Shown here: positions 21,880 through 33,351 of the stretch, in pieces
Layout of the letters: every line of letters starts with the position of its first letter
Position numbering within the stretch: position 1 is the first letter of the stretch
NCBI GenBank assembly: GCA_963726245.1
Contig: CAVSBT010000043.1
Location: 1-64,000, forward strand
DNA: 64,000 nucleotides
Direction of reading: 5' to 3'
DNA from: an uncultured Chloroflexia bacterium
GTDB taxonomy: Bacteria; Chloroflexota; Dehalococcoidia; DSTF01; JALHUB01
Program-made: the position numbers and the translations under genes
The notes under the pieces: generated by a model
What the model was told of the DNA's origin: nothing
Database searches by the model: none
Seen by the model: the letters and a program-made list of their open reading frames with translations, nothing else

Positions 21880-21908
21880 TTGACCGGGCCTAAGGCTCCC
21901 CTTAGAAT
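21880..21908 (+). promoter_or_regulatory. sigma70 promoter for the coaE-AAA-PPIase-VWA operon
   Basis: TTGACC-17 nt-TAGAAT. Confidence 0.65.
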
Positions 21909-22006
21909 GATTAAGCCGCCGGTCTGCAAGCCGGCGTGCTTTTCATCGGCGCCGCGCAGGCCTCCGGCCGGGCGCCGCGCGGCCGGACGGAAGCGAAGCA
22001 AGCGAC

Positions 22007-22645
22007 ATGATTACGGTGGGCCTCACCGGCGGCATCGCCAACGGCAAGTCAGAGGTAGCGGCCATGCTGGCTGAGAAGGGGGCCGCTGTCATCTACGCCG
22101 ACCAGGTCGGCCACGAGGCCTACCGCCGCGGCACCGACGAGTACCTTCAGATCGTGGCCGCGTTCGGGGCGGAGGTCATCGGCGACGACGGCGAGATAGA
22201 CCGGCGCCGGCTGGGCGAGAAGGTCTTCAACGACCCAGAGGCCCGCCAGCGCCTCCAGGCCATCGTCTGGCCCGCCATGCGTCGGATGATGGAGGAGCGG
22301 CTGGCCGTCCTCCAGCGCCAGGGCGTGCCCGTGGCCGTCCTCGAGGCCGCTGTCCTTGTCGAGGCCGACTGGCTCCCCCTCGTGGATGAGGTCTGGGTGG
22401 TCGAAGCCTCGCCGGAGGTGGCCCGCCAGCGCCTCGCCGCCTACAAGGGTCTCTCTGCGGCCGAGGCCGAGGCCCGCGTGAGTGCGCAGCTCAGCAACGA
22501 GGAGCGCCGTCGGCACGCTGACGTGGTGATCGATAACGGCGGCATACTAGAGGAGACGCGACGGCAGGTGGACCGCCTCTGGGTCGGGCTAAAGGAGAGG
22601 GCTGTGCCGGCGGCCTCCAGCAGGAGCGAAGGCGACAGTGGGTGA
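22007..22645 (+). CDS. coaE: dephospho-CoA kinase
   Basis: [28 protein letters not shown]. Confidence 0.93.
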   Translation: MITVGLTGGIANGKSEVAAMLAEKGAAVIYADQVGHEAYRRGTDEYLQIVAAFGAEVIGDDGEIDRRRLGEKVFNDPEARQRLQAIVWPAMRRMMEERLAVLQRQGVPVAVLEAAVLVEADWLPLVDEVWVVEASPEVARQRLAAYKGLSAAEAEARVSAQLSNEERRRHADVVIDNGGILEETRRQVDRLWVGLKERAVPAASSRSEGDSG

Positions 22646-23585
22646 CCGGATGGTGGACGAAGAAGATGTCGACGCTGGCTATCGCCAGTATGCTATCGAG
22701 GAGTACCGGGCGGTCGAGGAGCCCTTCTATGTGCCCATTCAAGATGAGATAGGGCTCTTCGAGGCCGCCTTCGAGCAGCAGATACCGGTGTTGCTCAAGG
22801 GCCCGACGGGATGCGGCAAGACGCGTTTCATCGAGCACATGGCCTGGAAGCTGCGCCGGCCCCTCACTATCATCCGCGATGCTGGCAAGCCTTCGCGCCG
22901 GACCTCGGGCCGGCGGGCCGTCGAGGGCGAGCGCGCGAAGGAGGCGCAGGGCCTTCCCCTGGTGACGGTGGCCTGCCACGAAGACCTGACGGCCAGCGAC
23001 CTTGTGGGCCGCTACCTGCTGGAGGGCGACAGCACGCGCTGGATCGACGGCCCCTTGACCCGCGCCGTCAAGGCCGGCGCCATCTGCTACCTGGATGAGG
23101 TGGTGGAGGCCCGCAAGGACACCACCGTGCTCATCCACCCTCTGACCGACCACCGGCGTATCCTTCCCATCGAGAAGCGCGGCCAGATTCTAGAGGCGCG
23201 GGACGGCTTCATCCTTGTCATCTCTTACAATCCGGGCTATCAGAGCGCCCTCAAGGACCTGAAGCACAGCACCCGCCAGCGCTTCATCGCCATCGAGTTC
23301 GGCTATCCGCCGCGGGACGTCGAGGGGCACATCATCGCCCACGAGAGCGGCGTCTCGGAGGCGGTGGCCCTTCAACTGGCGAAGCTGGGCGAGAAGGTGC
23401 GCCACCTTAAGGAGCACGGCCTCGGCGAGGGGGTGAGCACGAGGCTGCTGATCTACGCGGGCAAGCTTATCGAGAAGGGGATAACGGCGCGAAAAGCCTG
23501 CCAGGTCGCCGTGGTCTGGGCCCTTACTGACGACCCTGAGGTGCAGCGCAGCATCGAAGAGGTGGTCAGCTCGATATTCGAGTAG
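22638..23585 (+). CDS. CbbQ/NirQ/NorQ family MoxR AAA+ ATPase
   Basis: [57 protein letters not shown]. Confidence 0.93.
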   Translation: MGDRMVDEEDVDAGYRQYAIEEYRAVEEPFYVPIQDEIGLFEAAFEQQIPVLLKGPTGCGKTRFIEHMAWKLRRPLTIIRDAGKPSRRTSGRRAVEGERAKEAQGLPLVTVACHEDLTASDLVGRYLLEGDSTRWIDGPLTRAVKAGAICYLDEVVEARKDTTVLIHPLTDHRRILPIEKRGQILEARDGFILVISYNPGYQSALKDLKHSTRQRFIAIEFGYPPRDVEGHIIAHESGVSEAVALQLAKLGEKVRHLKEHGLGEGVSTRLLIYAGKLIEKGITARKACQVAVVWALTDDPEVQRSIEEVVSSIFE

Positions 23586-23596
23586 GGGGTAGCATC

Positions 23597-24280
23597 GTGA
23601 AAGACCGTGGAAGGGGGCGTTCGTTGGGCGCATTTGTGTTAGCCGGCCTGGCCGGACTCGTCCTGGCCGGCGTTGGCTTGGCAGCCTGCGGCGGCAGCAG
23701 CGATGGCGGCAAGTCCACCACTCCGGGTGCATCGGCAACGGGCGCGCTGGCTCAGTGCCAGCGAACCGGCGAGAAGCAGTTCACAACAGCGCCGCCGATG
23801 ATCATCGACCCACAGAAGAGCTACACCGCCACCATCCAGATCGAGAAGGGCAACATCGTCCTGGAGCTCTTCGCCAAAGACGCGCCCATCACGACCAACA
23901 ACTTCGTCTTCCTGGCCTGCAAGGGCTACTACGATGGCGTGACCTTCCATCGAGTGATCCCCGGCTTCGTGGCCCAGGGCGGCGACCCGACGGGCACCGG
24001 CGCCGGTGGACCGGGCTACAGCATCCCCGACGAGAAGGGCGCCCGCGGTTTCGACGTGGCCGGCTTGCTGAGCATGGCCAAGGCGGGACCGAACACGACC
24101 GGAAGCCAGTTCTTCATCACTTATGCGCCAGAGCCAGGCCTCAACGCGGACTTCACGGTCTTCGGACAGGTGACGTCCGGTATGGACGTGCTGCAGAGCA
24201 TTACGCCCAGGAACCCGCAGTCGACCCCGAACGCGCCGCCGGGCGATAAGATACTGCGGATCGACATCGAGGAGAAGTAG
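23597..24280 (+). CDS. cyclophilin-type peptidyl-prolyl isomerase lipoprotein
   Basis: LAAC lipobox; FHRVIPGFVAQGGDP, GSQFFIT. Confidence 0.93.
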   Translation: MKDRGRGRSLGAFVLAGLAGLVLAGVGLAACGGSSDGGKSTTPGASATGALAQCQRTGEKQFTTAPPMIIDPQKSYTATIQIEKGNIVLELFAKDAPITTNNFVFLACKGYYDGVTFHRVIPGFVAQGGDPTGTGAGGPGYSIPDEKGARGFDVAGLLSMAKAGPNTTGSQFFITYAPEPGLNADFTVFGQVTSGMDVLQSITPRNPQSTPNAPPGDKILRIDIEEK

Positions 24281-24294
24281 GCGCTACCCCTGCG

Positions 24295-27200
24295 ATGAAC
24301 CTCTCGGAGCATCTGGCAGAGACCGAGCAGCGCCTGGGGCGCTACGCCTCCACTCTGCCCGCCGAGTTCCGGCGCGCGGCGCGAGAGGTGACCACCCTCC
24401 TGCCCGAAGAGCAGGTCCGCCAGTGGGCGGAAGAGGGGCTGACCCTGGCAGCCCACTCCCTGCGCTCCTGGGAGGCAGCCAGCGAGTTCTTCCGCGCCAG
24501 CCCCGAGGTGCTACGGGTGCTGGGCTTCCCCCTCTTCCTGCGCTGGGCGAACCAGGGCCGCATCCTCGCCGAGCACTCATCGCTGGTGGCCGCGGCCTAC
24601 TTCCGAGCCGGCCCGGAGAGCGTGCCCCACCTGTCGGGGCCACATCTGACGCAGTGGGCCGCCCTGGGCCAGCGGCTCTACAAGAGCAACTGGAAGTCCA
24701 TCTCTCTCACCTCGACCTTCTTCTCCGCCAGCCCCGGTCTCCTGGGCCACCTCAGCTTGCCTGAGATTCGAAAGGCTGGTGTCTGTCGTTGAATCGCTGT
24801 CGGAACGCTCCTATGAGCTGGCCGCCTCCTGCCTGGACGCGGCGCCGCGCCTCTTCGGCATGCTGGACAAGAAGGACCGCGCCTCGTTCCTCGACTTCGC
24901 GGCGGCGATCGCCCAGGCCAGTTGGGCTGACGCCCGCCTCTACTTCGAGAGGGGCCACTCCTCGCTGGCGCTCATCGAGCCCGAGTGCCGGCCCCGCTTC
25001 CTCGAGCTGTCGGCGCGGGTCGCCCGCAGCGCCGGCCGCCAGGCCTACGCCTTCTTCGCCGACGCCGCCACCGCCCTGGGCGGCGTCGACCAGAGGGCGC
25101 ACTCTCACCTCATCTCGCTGGCCGAAGAGCTGGCCGTGGGATCGCCGCCGGCCGCGATGGAGTTCCTGAAGAGCGCTCCGGAGGTGCTCAGACGCATCCC
25201 CCTGGAGGACCTGGCCCGCTGGCACTCGGCCGGGCACCACATCCTGGAGCAGACCCAGGAGGGCGGCGAGGCCTACTTCCGGCTGGAGTCCGGCAAGGGC
25301 GAAGAGGTCCTGCAGGCTCTTTCGCCGCGCGTGGACCTCTCGCGGGTGAGCGGGATACTGCATCTCTACTGCCAGGCCCTCACCGGCGTCGACGTGGCCA
25401 TTCATCCCTCTACGGCGCTGGTGGAGAAGGGCATCGGCTGGGTCTCGGAGGCCAGCCCGTCGACGGAGGGGCGGGCGATCTACCTGCCGGAGGCCGTGGA
25501 GGAGCACGCGGAGAAGAGCGAGAACTTCTCGGTCTTCAAGGTCTACGCCACACATCAGGCGGCGCACCTGGAGTTCGGTAGCTTCCTCTTCAGCTTCAAG
25601 CGTCGCGGCGAAGTCTATCCGGCGCGCCGCCGGCGTCGCGAGACCGAGCTCCGGCGCCAGGGGCTCCTGCGCCGCGAGGGCAAGCCTCTCACCGACATGC
25701 AGCGCTTCTTCGACCTCTTCCCCGACCGGCGCCTCGCCCTCGACATCTTCACCGTCGTCGAGGACGCCCGCGTCGACTTCATGGTGCGCGAGGAGTACGG
25801 CGGCATCCGGGCGGCCTGGCGTCGGATGCAGCTCCGTGAGGCGGACGACCGGCCCGAGGTCACGTTCCTGCCCCTGCGTCAGGCCCTCCTCGAGAACCTG
25901 GTGCGGGTCAGCCTGGACTCCGGCGATCTCCTGGTCTGGCCGCGGCCGCTCCGCGGGTACCTGGCGACGGCGGTCAGTCTTCTGCGCTCCGTGCAGCGCC
26001 CGGAAGCACTGGTGGAGGATGCGGCCGAGGCTACCCTTCTCCTGCACGACCTGGTGATGAGGCTGCCCAACGTGGGGGCGGAGGAGCTGGGCCTCGATTG
26101 GGAGGTCATGACCGAGGAGTCGCTGGAGCTGATGCTGGTGCCGCCCGGCGCCACGCCCGGCCGCGCCCCCGACTTCGGCGATCTGCCGGCGCTCCCTCAG
26201 GGCGCCGACCAGCCGTACGAGAGCCCCCAGCCTGTGGACTTCCGCGGCGACTTCAAGCCGGAGCTGGTCCAGCTCCTGATGCGCCTCCGCGACGACCAGA
26301 CGGCGGACACCGGTCCGCTTTCGCCTCTCACGCCCGACCAGCTCAAGGAGCTGCTGGAGAGGAGCGCCGAGCTGAGCATCGGTATCTGGGCCGAGGGTGA
26401 CCTGGCCTCCACGATCGGTCTCTTCCTCACAAATCTCGAGAAGGAGGCCGGCACGCCCATAAGCGACCAGAAGATCCCTTTGAAGGACGGCCAGCCCGTC
26501 TTGGACGCCGGCGAGGAGGAGGAGCTGCCGCAGGACGTGAAGTCCTTCTTCTACGACGAGTGGGACTTCCGCGCCTCTGACTACCGGCCTAACTGGTGCC
26601 GCGTCCAGGAGCGCGTCCTGGAGGAGGGTAGCGAAGACTTCTTCGAGGAGACGATGAAGCGGCACGCCGCCCTCGCCGAGGAGACCCGCAAGCAGTTCGA
26701 GATGCTGCGCCCCGAGCTCTTCCGCAAGATCAAGCACCTCTACGACGGCGAGGACTTCGACCTGGACCTGGTCATCGAACACCTGGTGGAGAAGCGGGCC
26801 GGCCACGCCCTGTCCGACAAGGTGTACTGGCGCCGCAACAAGGTGGAGCGCGACGTAGCCGTGGCCTTCCTCCTGGACATGAGCGCCTCCACCGACGAGG
26901 AGATCGAGAAGCGCAAGAAGCAGCGCCCCGACGATGAATTCAACGACGACCCCCGGAACTATTTCTCGTGGCTGGCTCAGCGGCGCGCTCAGGCCGCGCT
27001 CGACCCTCCCCAGCGCATCATCGACCTGGAGAAGGAGAGCACCGTCCTCCTCATCCGTGCCCTGGAGACCATCGGCGATAGCTACGGCATCTACGGTTTC
27101 TCAGGCTACGGCCGCGACAACGTGGAGTTCTACGTCCTCAAGGACCTGGAGGAGCCGTTCGACGAGCACGTGCGGCGTCGCATCGACAAGGTGAGCCCAA

Positions 27201-27538
27201 TCCGCAGCACGCGCATGGGGCCGGCCATCCGGCACGCCATCGCCAAGCTCGACGCCCACGATGCGAGGGTGAAGATCCTCTTCCTCGTCTCCGACGGCCG
27301 GCCCCAGGACCACGGCTACGGCCGCGACCGCACGGAGAAGGAGTACGCCATCCACGACACGCACAAGGCGCTGATAGAGGCGAAGCGCAAGGGCATCGTG
27401 CCCTTCTGCCTGACCGTGGACAAGGAGGGCCACGAGTACCTGGGCCAGATGTGCGAGGACGTGGACTACGAAATCCTGGGCGACATCGAGGCCCTCCCCA
27501 GCCGCCTCCCCACGCTGTACAGAAGGCTGACGGTGTAG
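24295..27538 (+). CDS. CbbO/NorD-like VWA protein with N-terminal helical repeats (about 1080 aa; frameshift near 24770)
   Basis: HQAAHLEFG, VEDARVD, YDEWD, MIDAS LLDMSAST, TRMGPAIRHA, LVSDGRPQD. Confidence 0.9.
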
Positions 27539-27581
27539 AGGACGGGGCCATCCGGGGTCATCGCCTCTCGGAGGCAAGCGA

Positions 27582-28292
27582 GTGAACGCCCTGCTCGTGC
27601 GTATCGCCGCTGATAGTAGCGAGGTCGGCGGCTTATGGAATGGGCCGGTCGACAGCCGGTCGTGGGAGTTCGTATATCTTCCCATCCCCGAAGGTGAGTG
27701 TGTCCACGCTGGTTTGGAGAAGCCATACGCTGCTGTGGCGCCTGCACTCATGAGGCTGGGTGTCAGCCTGCCGGCTCACCTTCGCGACAGGCACATGCAC
27801 CTGGACCCCGACTTCACTCACCTCACATATGGTGATGTGGGCCAGCGGGGGAAGCAGATACGCGCCAACCTGGGCGCAGGCGACCGGATCGTATTCTACG
27901 CTGGACTCGCGGACGTGCGCGGGGCGGCCGAATTAGTTTACGCTATTATCGGTGTGTTTGTGGTCGACGAGATTCGTCCTGCCACAGATATAGCCTTGTT
28001 GGACCGGGATATCAATGCCCATTCCCGGCGTATCCTCGCGCCTGGCGCCGAGGACATAGTCGTTTGCGGCCAACCTGGGGTGTCCGGGCGCCTGAAGCGT
28101 TGCCTGCCGTTTGGCGAGTACCGTGATGGAGCCTACCGCGTACGGCGAGAATTGCTGGAAGAGTGGGGAGGGCTGTCGGTAAAGGACGGATACGTGCAGA
28201 GGAGCGTGAGGCTTCCGCGGTTTCTCGACCCGATCCGCTTTCTGCGCTGGCTGGAGAGGCAGGAGCCGGCCCTGATTCAGTCAAACAACTGA
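27582..28292 (+). CDS. Nmad3-like (nucleotide modification associated domain 3) protein
   Basis: GP..FVYLPIPE, HLDPDF..TYGD, GDRIVFYAGL, NAH motifs. Confidence 0.75.
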   Translation: MNALLVRIAADSSEVGGLWNGPVDSRSWEFVYLPIPEGECVHAGLEKPYAAVAPALMRLGVSLPAHLRDRHMHLDPDFTHLTYGDVGQRGKQIRANLGAGDRIVFYAGLADVRGAAELVYAIIGVFVVDEIRPATDIALLDRDINAHSRRILAPGAEDIVVCGQPGVSGRLKRCLPFGEYRDGAYRVRRELLEEWGGLSVKDGYVQRSVRLPRFLDPIRFLRWLERQEPALIQSNN

Positions 28293-28301
28293 GGGTGCGC
28301 A

Positions 28302-28951
28302 ATGCCGAAGATCTACTTCTACAAGCTGACCTGCGACAACAACGGTGCCCCTTGCGTGCACGAGGGTTTGCTTTCGCTGGCCATCTGCAAGCCGATGATT
28401 CGCGGGCCCGCCCAGCCGGAGGATCTGATATTCGGGTTTGCCGCCAAGTCGTTGCGTCGGGATAACAGGCTTCTATACGTTGCCCGGATAACGGACAAAG
28501 TTCTCGACGGTGGCTACTACGTGCAGAAGCAGTTCGCGGTCCGCGACGACTGTATCTACAGAGCGACGCGAAGGCCAGTTCATGCGGCGGAACGACGCGC
28601 GCCCCGGTCTCCACGATCGTCCCGACGAATCTCGTCCGTGACCTGGGCAAGCACCCCCACTACCCGAGGGCAAACGTCCTCTTGAGCAGAGATTTCCGGT
28701 ATTTCGGCGCCAATGGGAGCGCCGATTACAAGGCTCGATTTCCGCGGCTGAAGAGGGCGGTCGAGGCGCTGGGCCGAGGGCACCGCGTGGTTCGGCCCGA
28801 TGATGCCCGCTACAACGACCTGATGGCATTGAAGCGGCAGGTCTGGAAGGACATTCATCAGATGGTGGCAGGCCCGCCAACAAGCACGCCGGGTGGTGGT
28901 GACATTCGTACACCGCAGCTGAGAATTTGCGCCGTCCTCGATGACCACTAG
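28302..28951 (+). CDS. Nmad2-like (nucleotide modification associated domain 2) protein (frameshift near 28570-28610)
   Basis: YFYKLTCDNNGAPC..LSLAICKPMIR..DLIFG, DCIY, VLLSRDFRYFG. Confidence 0.75.
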
Positions 28952-28972
28952 AAGGTGCCACCGCTGCTGGAC

Positions 28973-29002
28973 GAGCGAGCCGAGGCTCTTGCCCCGGCTC
29001 GC
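28973..29002. terminator. hairpin between convergent genes
   Basis: AGCGAGCCGAGGC-TCTT-GCCCCGGCTCGCT. Confidence 0.5.
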
Positions 29003-29041
29003 TATGCTCTTTGCCTATGCCCTATGTTCTACGGTCGGTTC

Positions 29042-30479
29042 TCAGTAAACCGGCTGCCCTACGTGGATGTCGCTGGCATTCGCGTCGGTGATCTCGACGT
29101 GCATCGTGATGTGCGCGTCTGGGCCGCCGGCCTGCACGGGGAGCCCGAACGTATCGGCCGCAGCCTGCGCGTCGGCCGTGATGTCCATGTCGAGGGCCAG
29201 AGGCCAGCCTCCGTCCTGTGCCACCCACACGTCGAAGGTGTCGATCGTCATGCCCTTGAGCTCGGGCGGCAGGAAGCCGACGGACTGGAGAGCCCCGGCG
29301 ACGTCGGCCAGCGAGTACTTGATCGCGTCCACACCGTTCACCGTGTCGGGCTGGCCGTTGAGCAGGCCGGGATCCTGCAGGAAGTTGAAGTCCTCCCAGA
29401 AGGCCGGCGAGCCAGGGCAGAGAGACAGGTCCTGCACCACGTCGGGGTCATCGGCGGTGGTGGCCTGGAATCCCTCGCCCGTATCGAGCCAGGCGTCGTC
29501 GCCAATCACCACCAGGTTGTCGCTGCCCACTGCCGCGCCGGCAAGGGAGCCGCTGACCGTGCAGTCGAGCCGGTCCGGCGCCTCGAACTGACCCTCCGAT
29601 GTGAGAACCAGACTGCTCCCGACTTCCACGGCCATCTCGGCGGTGAACCGGAAGCTGTCCAGAACGTCGGAAGGCGACACGGCGGTGCTCTCCTCCGGCG
29701 TTGCTTCGGACGTGCGCGTGGCCTTCGGTTTGGAGGTGGACGCCGGGGTCGCTTTCTTGGAGGCGGGCGCCGCCGTCGCCTCTGGCGCCTTCACCTCGCC
29801 TCGCAGCACCGCCAGGATGCGCTCGTCGAGCTTCTGGGCGAGGGCTGTCGCCTCGTCGCGCACGTCTTCGTCGCTGGACGACTGGACGTAGGCGGTGCCA
29901 AGCAGACGCCCTTCCCGAAATGCCACGAGCGTCTGGGTAAGGGTCATCTCCTGGTCGCCCTTGACGGTCAGCGGCATGGCCATCCCAACAGCCTCGTCGC
30001 CGACGTCTTTGACGTCGAAGGTCGTTCCCGTCCTCAACCGTTACGTTCTCCTTGGTCTGGCCGACTGCTCGTTGCCAATCAGCCACCTTGTCTTTGAGGT
30101 CGCCGGAGGCGCCGTCGGCATCTCCGTACAGGTCCAGTGCGGTGCCGACGCCGAAGGTGGCCCCCTCTTCTTTCAGGAGCGCGTCTAGAGCGGTGTAGGA
30201 CTGGTCGTAGCCTTTGTCCCGACCAAAGCTCCCCACGTCCTGTGCTTCGTCCTCTGTGTCGAAGGCATCGTTAATCGTTTTCTCGTTGCTTTGCATCCCC
30301 GACGTGTCGTCCAGTTCGAAGTCGGCGTATTGCGACCCGAACTCCGACTGCGGCAGGACCATGAGGCTCAGTTCGTCATCCGTGATGTCACGTTTCGTCG
30401 GATCGGACGAGCCGCCGCCTCCACAGGCGACAGCCAGGGCAAGGGTCAGGGCCACCAGAACCGTGAACGAAAGTCGCAT
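29042..30479 (-). CDS. two-domain acidic lipoprotein, C-terminal domain LppX/LprAFG-like (frameshift near 30030)
   Basis: AVAC lipobox, P/A/T-rich linker, LDSFRF..GQFEAPD..IGDDAW..DVWV. Confidence 0.7.
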
Positions 30480-30489
30480 CCTACTCTCC

Positions 30490-31606
30490 TTAGTCGTGGC
30501 CGACGTCTCCTGTGTAATACTCGAACACTACCTGTGATAGTTTAGCAATTGGCTTCGTCTCGTATTCTTTGTCTGAGAGGACGGCGATGACGTAGGTGTC
30601 GCCTGGCGCACCTGCCGCCGGCAGGCAGGTACACGATGCCGGCGTCGTGCGTGGCGTTCGTCCAGTTGCCTGTCTTGTGGGCGACCAGCGTCCCTTCCGG
30701 AACGCCCTCCCGCAGTCCGTTGTCCAGCTCCTCGCTGGACAGGAGGTTCACCATCTCCTGGCTGGCCCCGGCGTCCACGGCCTGGCCCCGCGCTATCATC
30801 TCCATGAGAAGGGCCATGTCGGCGGCGGTGGCGGGAAGGTCGTCGGACAGGAGGCGGGTCGTGGTCAGGCCAAGGGCGGCCATCGAACGGTTGATGTTGG
30901 CGGCTCCGACGCGGTCCTGGAGGAGGACGGCGCTCACGTTGTCGCTGATCGACATCATGTAGCCGAGGGCCTCGCCGATGGTCAGCGTCTGGCAAACCCC
31001 TACAGGCAGGGTGCCCAGGTCGAAGCCAGCGTAGTAGGGGGTAACCAGCAGCGGCTCGTCGAAGCTGAGGAGGCCCAGGGCTCGCTGGTGGAAGACCTCG
31101 TACATAACCGTGACCTTGAAGAGAGAGGCGGCGTAGAAGACCTTGTCCGGGTTGATGAGGGCGCCTCGACCGTCCTTGAGGCTCTTGACGACGACGCCGT
31201 AGGAATCCACGTCAGCCCCCAAGGCATCCCGCAGCCGCGCCTCCAGGGTGGTGTCCTCCTGGAGGGGCAGGGGCTCGTATTGGGAGGGCGTTGGTACCGG
31301 GCTTGGGCTGACGATGCGCTCGCTGGGCTCGACAGGGGTGCCCTCGAGGGCGGGCCCCTCGGGGGTGGGCTGGTAGCAGGAGGGCATCTCGGCTGGTGAG
31401 GGGGCGGGCTTCACGGTGGCGGGGGGCGTGCCTGGGGTCGGCCGCACGACGGTCTGCCCCGCCTGGCCGGTGGTCTGGCCGGTTCCCTCCGCCGCACGCG
31501 TGCCCGCCTCCGGCGTGGGTGTGCCCTTCTCTTCGACGGGCACACCGCATGCGGCCAGGAGCAGCGCCAGGCCGAGGGTGGCGACCAGAAAGGGGGCCAT
31601 TCTCAT
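30490..31606 (-). CDS. class A beta-lactamase-like serine hydrolase lipoprotein (frameshift near 30620)
   Basis: LAAC lipobox, AASLFK (SxxK), SDN, HKTG; tail YVIAVLSD..VFEYY in the shifted frame. Confidence 0.88.
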
Positions 31607-32842
31607 TGCTTCTGGTCCACCAGCACGCGTCTGCAGCAGGGCAAGCGCCGTCGTCACGGCCCGCCGCTTGACGGCCTCTCGGCCCTGGGGGAAGACGTAG
31701 CTCGTGGTCCGGGGCGGCCCTTCGCCCAGGGCCACGGCGATGTGGACGGTGCCGACCGGCTTCTCCTCCTGTGGGTCGGGGCCCGCCACCCCCGTGACGC
31801 CGATGCCGACGTCAGCGCCCAGCCGCTCGCGGGCGGCGTTGGCCATCGATTGGGCGCACTCGGCGCTGATGACGCCGTGCTCGGCGATGACCTGCGGGTC
31901 CACGCCCCAGGCGATCTTCATCTCCGTGGCGTAGGAGACCAGCCCGCCTTTGTAGTAGTCGGAGCTGCCGGGGGCGTCGGTGATCGTACTGGCCAGGAGG
32001 CCGCCGGTGCACGACTCCATGGTGGCCAGCGTGAGGCCGCGTTCGCGCAGCATGGCGCCCGCGGCGCCCTCCAGTGTGTCGCCGTCGGCGCCCCAGACGG
32101 CGCGGCCCAGGATGCGCCGGGCCTCCTCTTCGACAGGCTCGATGAGGCGGCGGGCCTCGTCGGCGCTGTCCGCCTTGGCGGCGATGCGCAGTTGGATGCC
32201 GTCGGCGCGGGCGTAGACGCCGATCGAGGGGTTGCTGGACTTGAGAAGGGGGCTGACCATCTCGTCGAGCGCGGCTTCGGGCAGGCCGGTGGTCTTCAAG
32301 GTGCGGACGACGAGCACAGCGCCGGGGCGGCGCCGCTCCAGCTCGGGGGCCACCTCGGCCTCCCACATGAGGTGCATCTCCGTGGGCGGGCCGGGCATGG
32401 CGACGATGATGTGCTTGTCGCGCTCCACCCACCAGCCGGGCGCCGTGCCGCGCGGGTTGGGGATGGCCCGCGCCGAAGGGATGAGGGCCGCCTGCTTGAG
32501 GTTGCGATCCGGCATCGGCATGCGACGGCGGGCGAAGAGCTCCCGCAGCCATCGCTCGAGCTCCGGGTCGATGACGAGCTTCTCGCCGAGCACCTGGGCG
32601 ATGGCCTCCCGCGTCAGGTCGTCTTCCGTGGGGCCGAGGCCGCCGGTGGCGAGGACCAGGTCGGAGCGCTCCCAGGCCCGCCCGATGACCTCCACCAGCC
32701 GCCCCAGGTTGTCGCCGACCACCGATGTATAGTAGAGGTCGATGCCCAGCGCGGGCAGGCGGGAGGCGATGTACTGGGTGTTGGTGTCCAGGATCTCGCC
32801 CAGCAGGATCTCGGTGCCGATGGAGATGATCTCAGCCCTCAT
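31603..32842 (-). CDS. cinA: competence/damage-inducible protein A (NMN deamidase fusion)
   Basis: EIISIGTEILLGEILDTN, GGLGPTEDDLT, ESCTGG, GVTGVAGP. Confidence 0.95.
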
Positions 32843-32931
32843 GTCGAAGGGGAGCATAGGGCTGGACAGAGGGGCGAGTCAAGGAAGGGGCATCGTGGGC
32901 TCAAGCGTGCCAATGAGAGGAGGCGATTCAA

Positions 32932-33351
32932 ATGACAACAGCGGGTAGCCGAAAGTCGAGCGCCTTTCTGATCGGCGCCGGGGTGGTGGGTGCGGCAGCC
33001 TTTGGGATGCCGCTTTTTCTCTCTCCGTTGCGCTGGGCGCGAGCCCTCCGCTGGCGTGTCCCTTCTGACACGGACCTGACCGTATACCTGGGGCGCTCTC
33101 TGGGTGCCCTGGCGGTGGCCATCAGTGTCAGCGCGCTGCGGGCCGCCCGCCGGCCGGAGGAGCATCGCGTCATGTTCGAGGTGGGGTTCTTGACGGGGGC
33201 CTTGCTGGCCGCCGTGCACGTCTGGGGGGCGCTGCTGCGCCGCCAACCGTGGACGGAAACAGCCGAGATCGCGTTCTGGTCTGCGATGGCTGCCGCCGCT
33301 GTGCTCACCTACCCGCGGCAGGACTCGCCCGACTCCACGCCTGCGACCTAA
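32932..33351 (+). CDS. hypothetical membrane protein
   Basis: GAGGAGG RBS, four hydrophobic segments. Confidence 0.75.
   Translation: MTTAGSRKSSAFLIGAGVVGAAAFGMPLFLSPLRWARALRWRVPSDTDLTVYLGRSLGALAVAISVSALRAARRPEEHRVMFEVGFLTGALLAAVHVWGALLRRQPWTETAEIAFWSAMAAAAVLTYPRQDSPDSTPAT

Noticed and set aside
24752-26806. Long antisense ORFs (also 51713-53551, 61543-63057 and others)
   Set aside because: These are shadow ORFs of high-GC genes with no recognisable motifs.
30656-30666. Further partial matches to the dnaN-end repeat (here and near 9473)
   Set aside because: Only 10-11 bp and inside coding sequence; expected by chance.
30542-32857. 771-aa CinA-beta-lactamase fusion in the ORF track
   Set aside because: Removing one base near 31632 gives CinA ..LLRRVLVDQKQ* with an ATGA overlap onto a lipoprotein signal peptide, so these are two genes.
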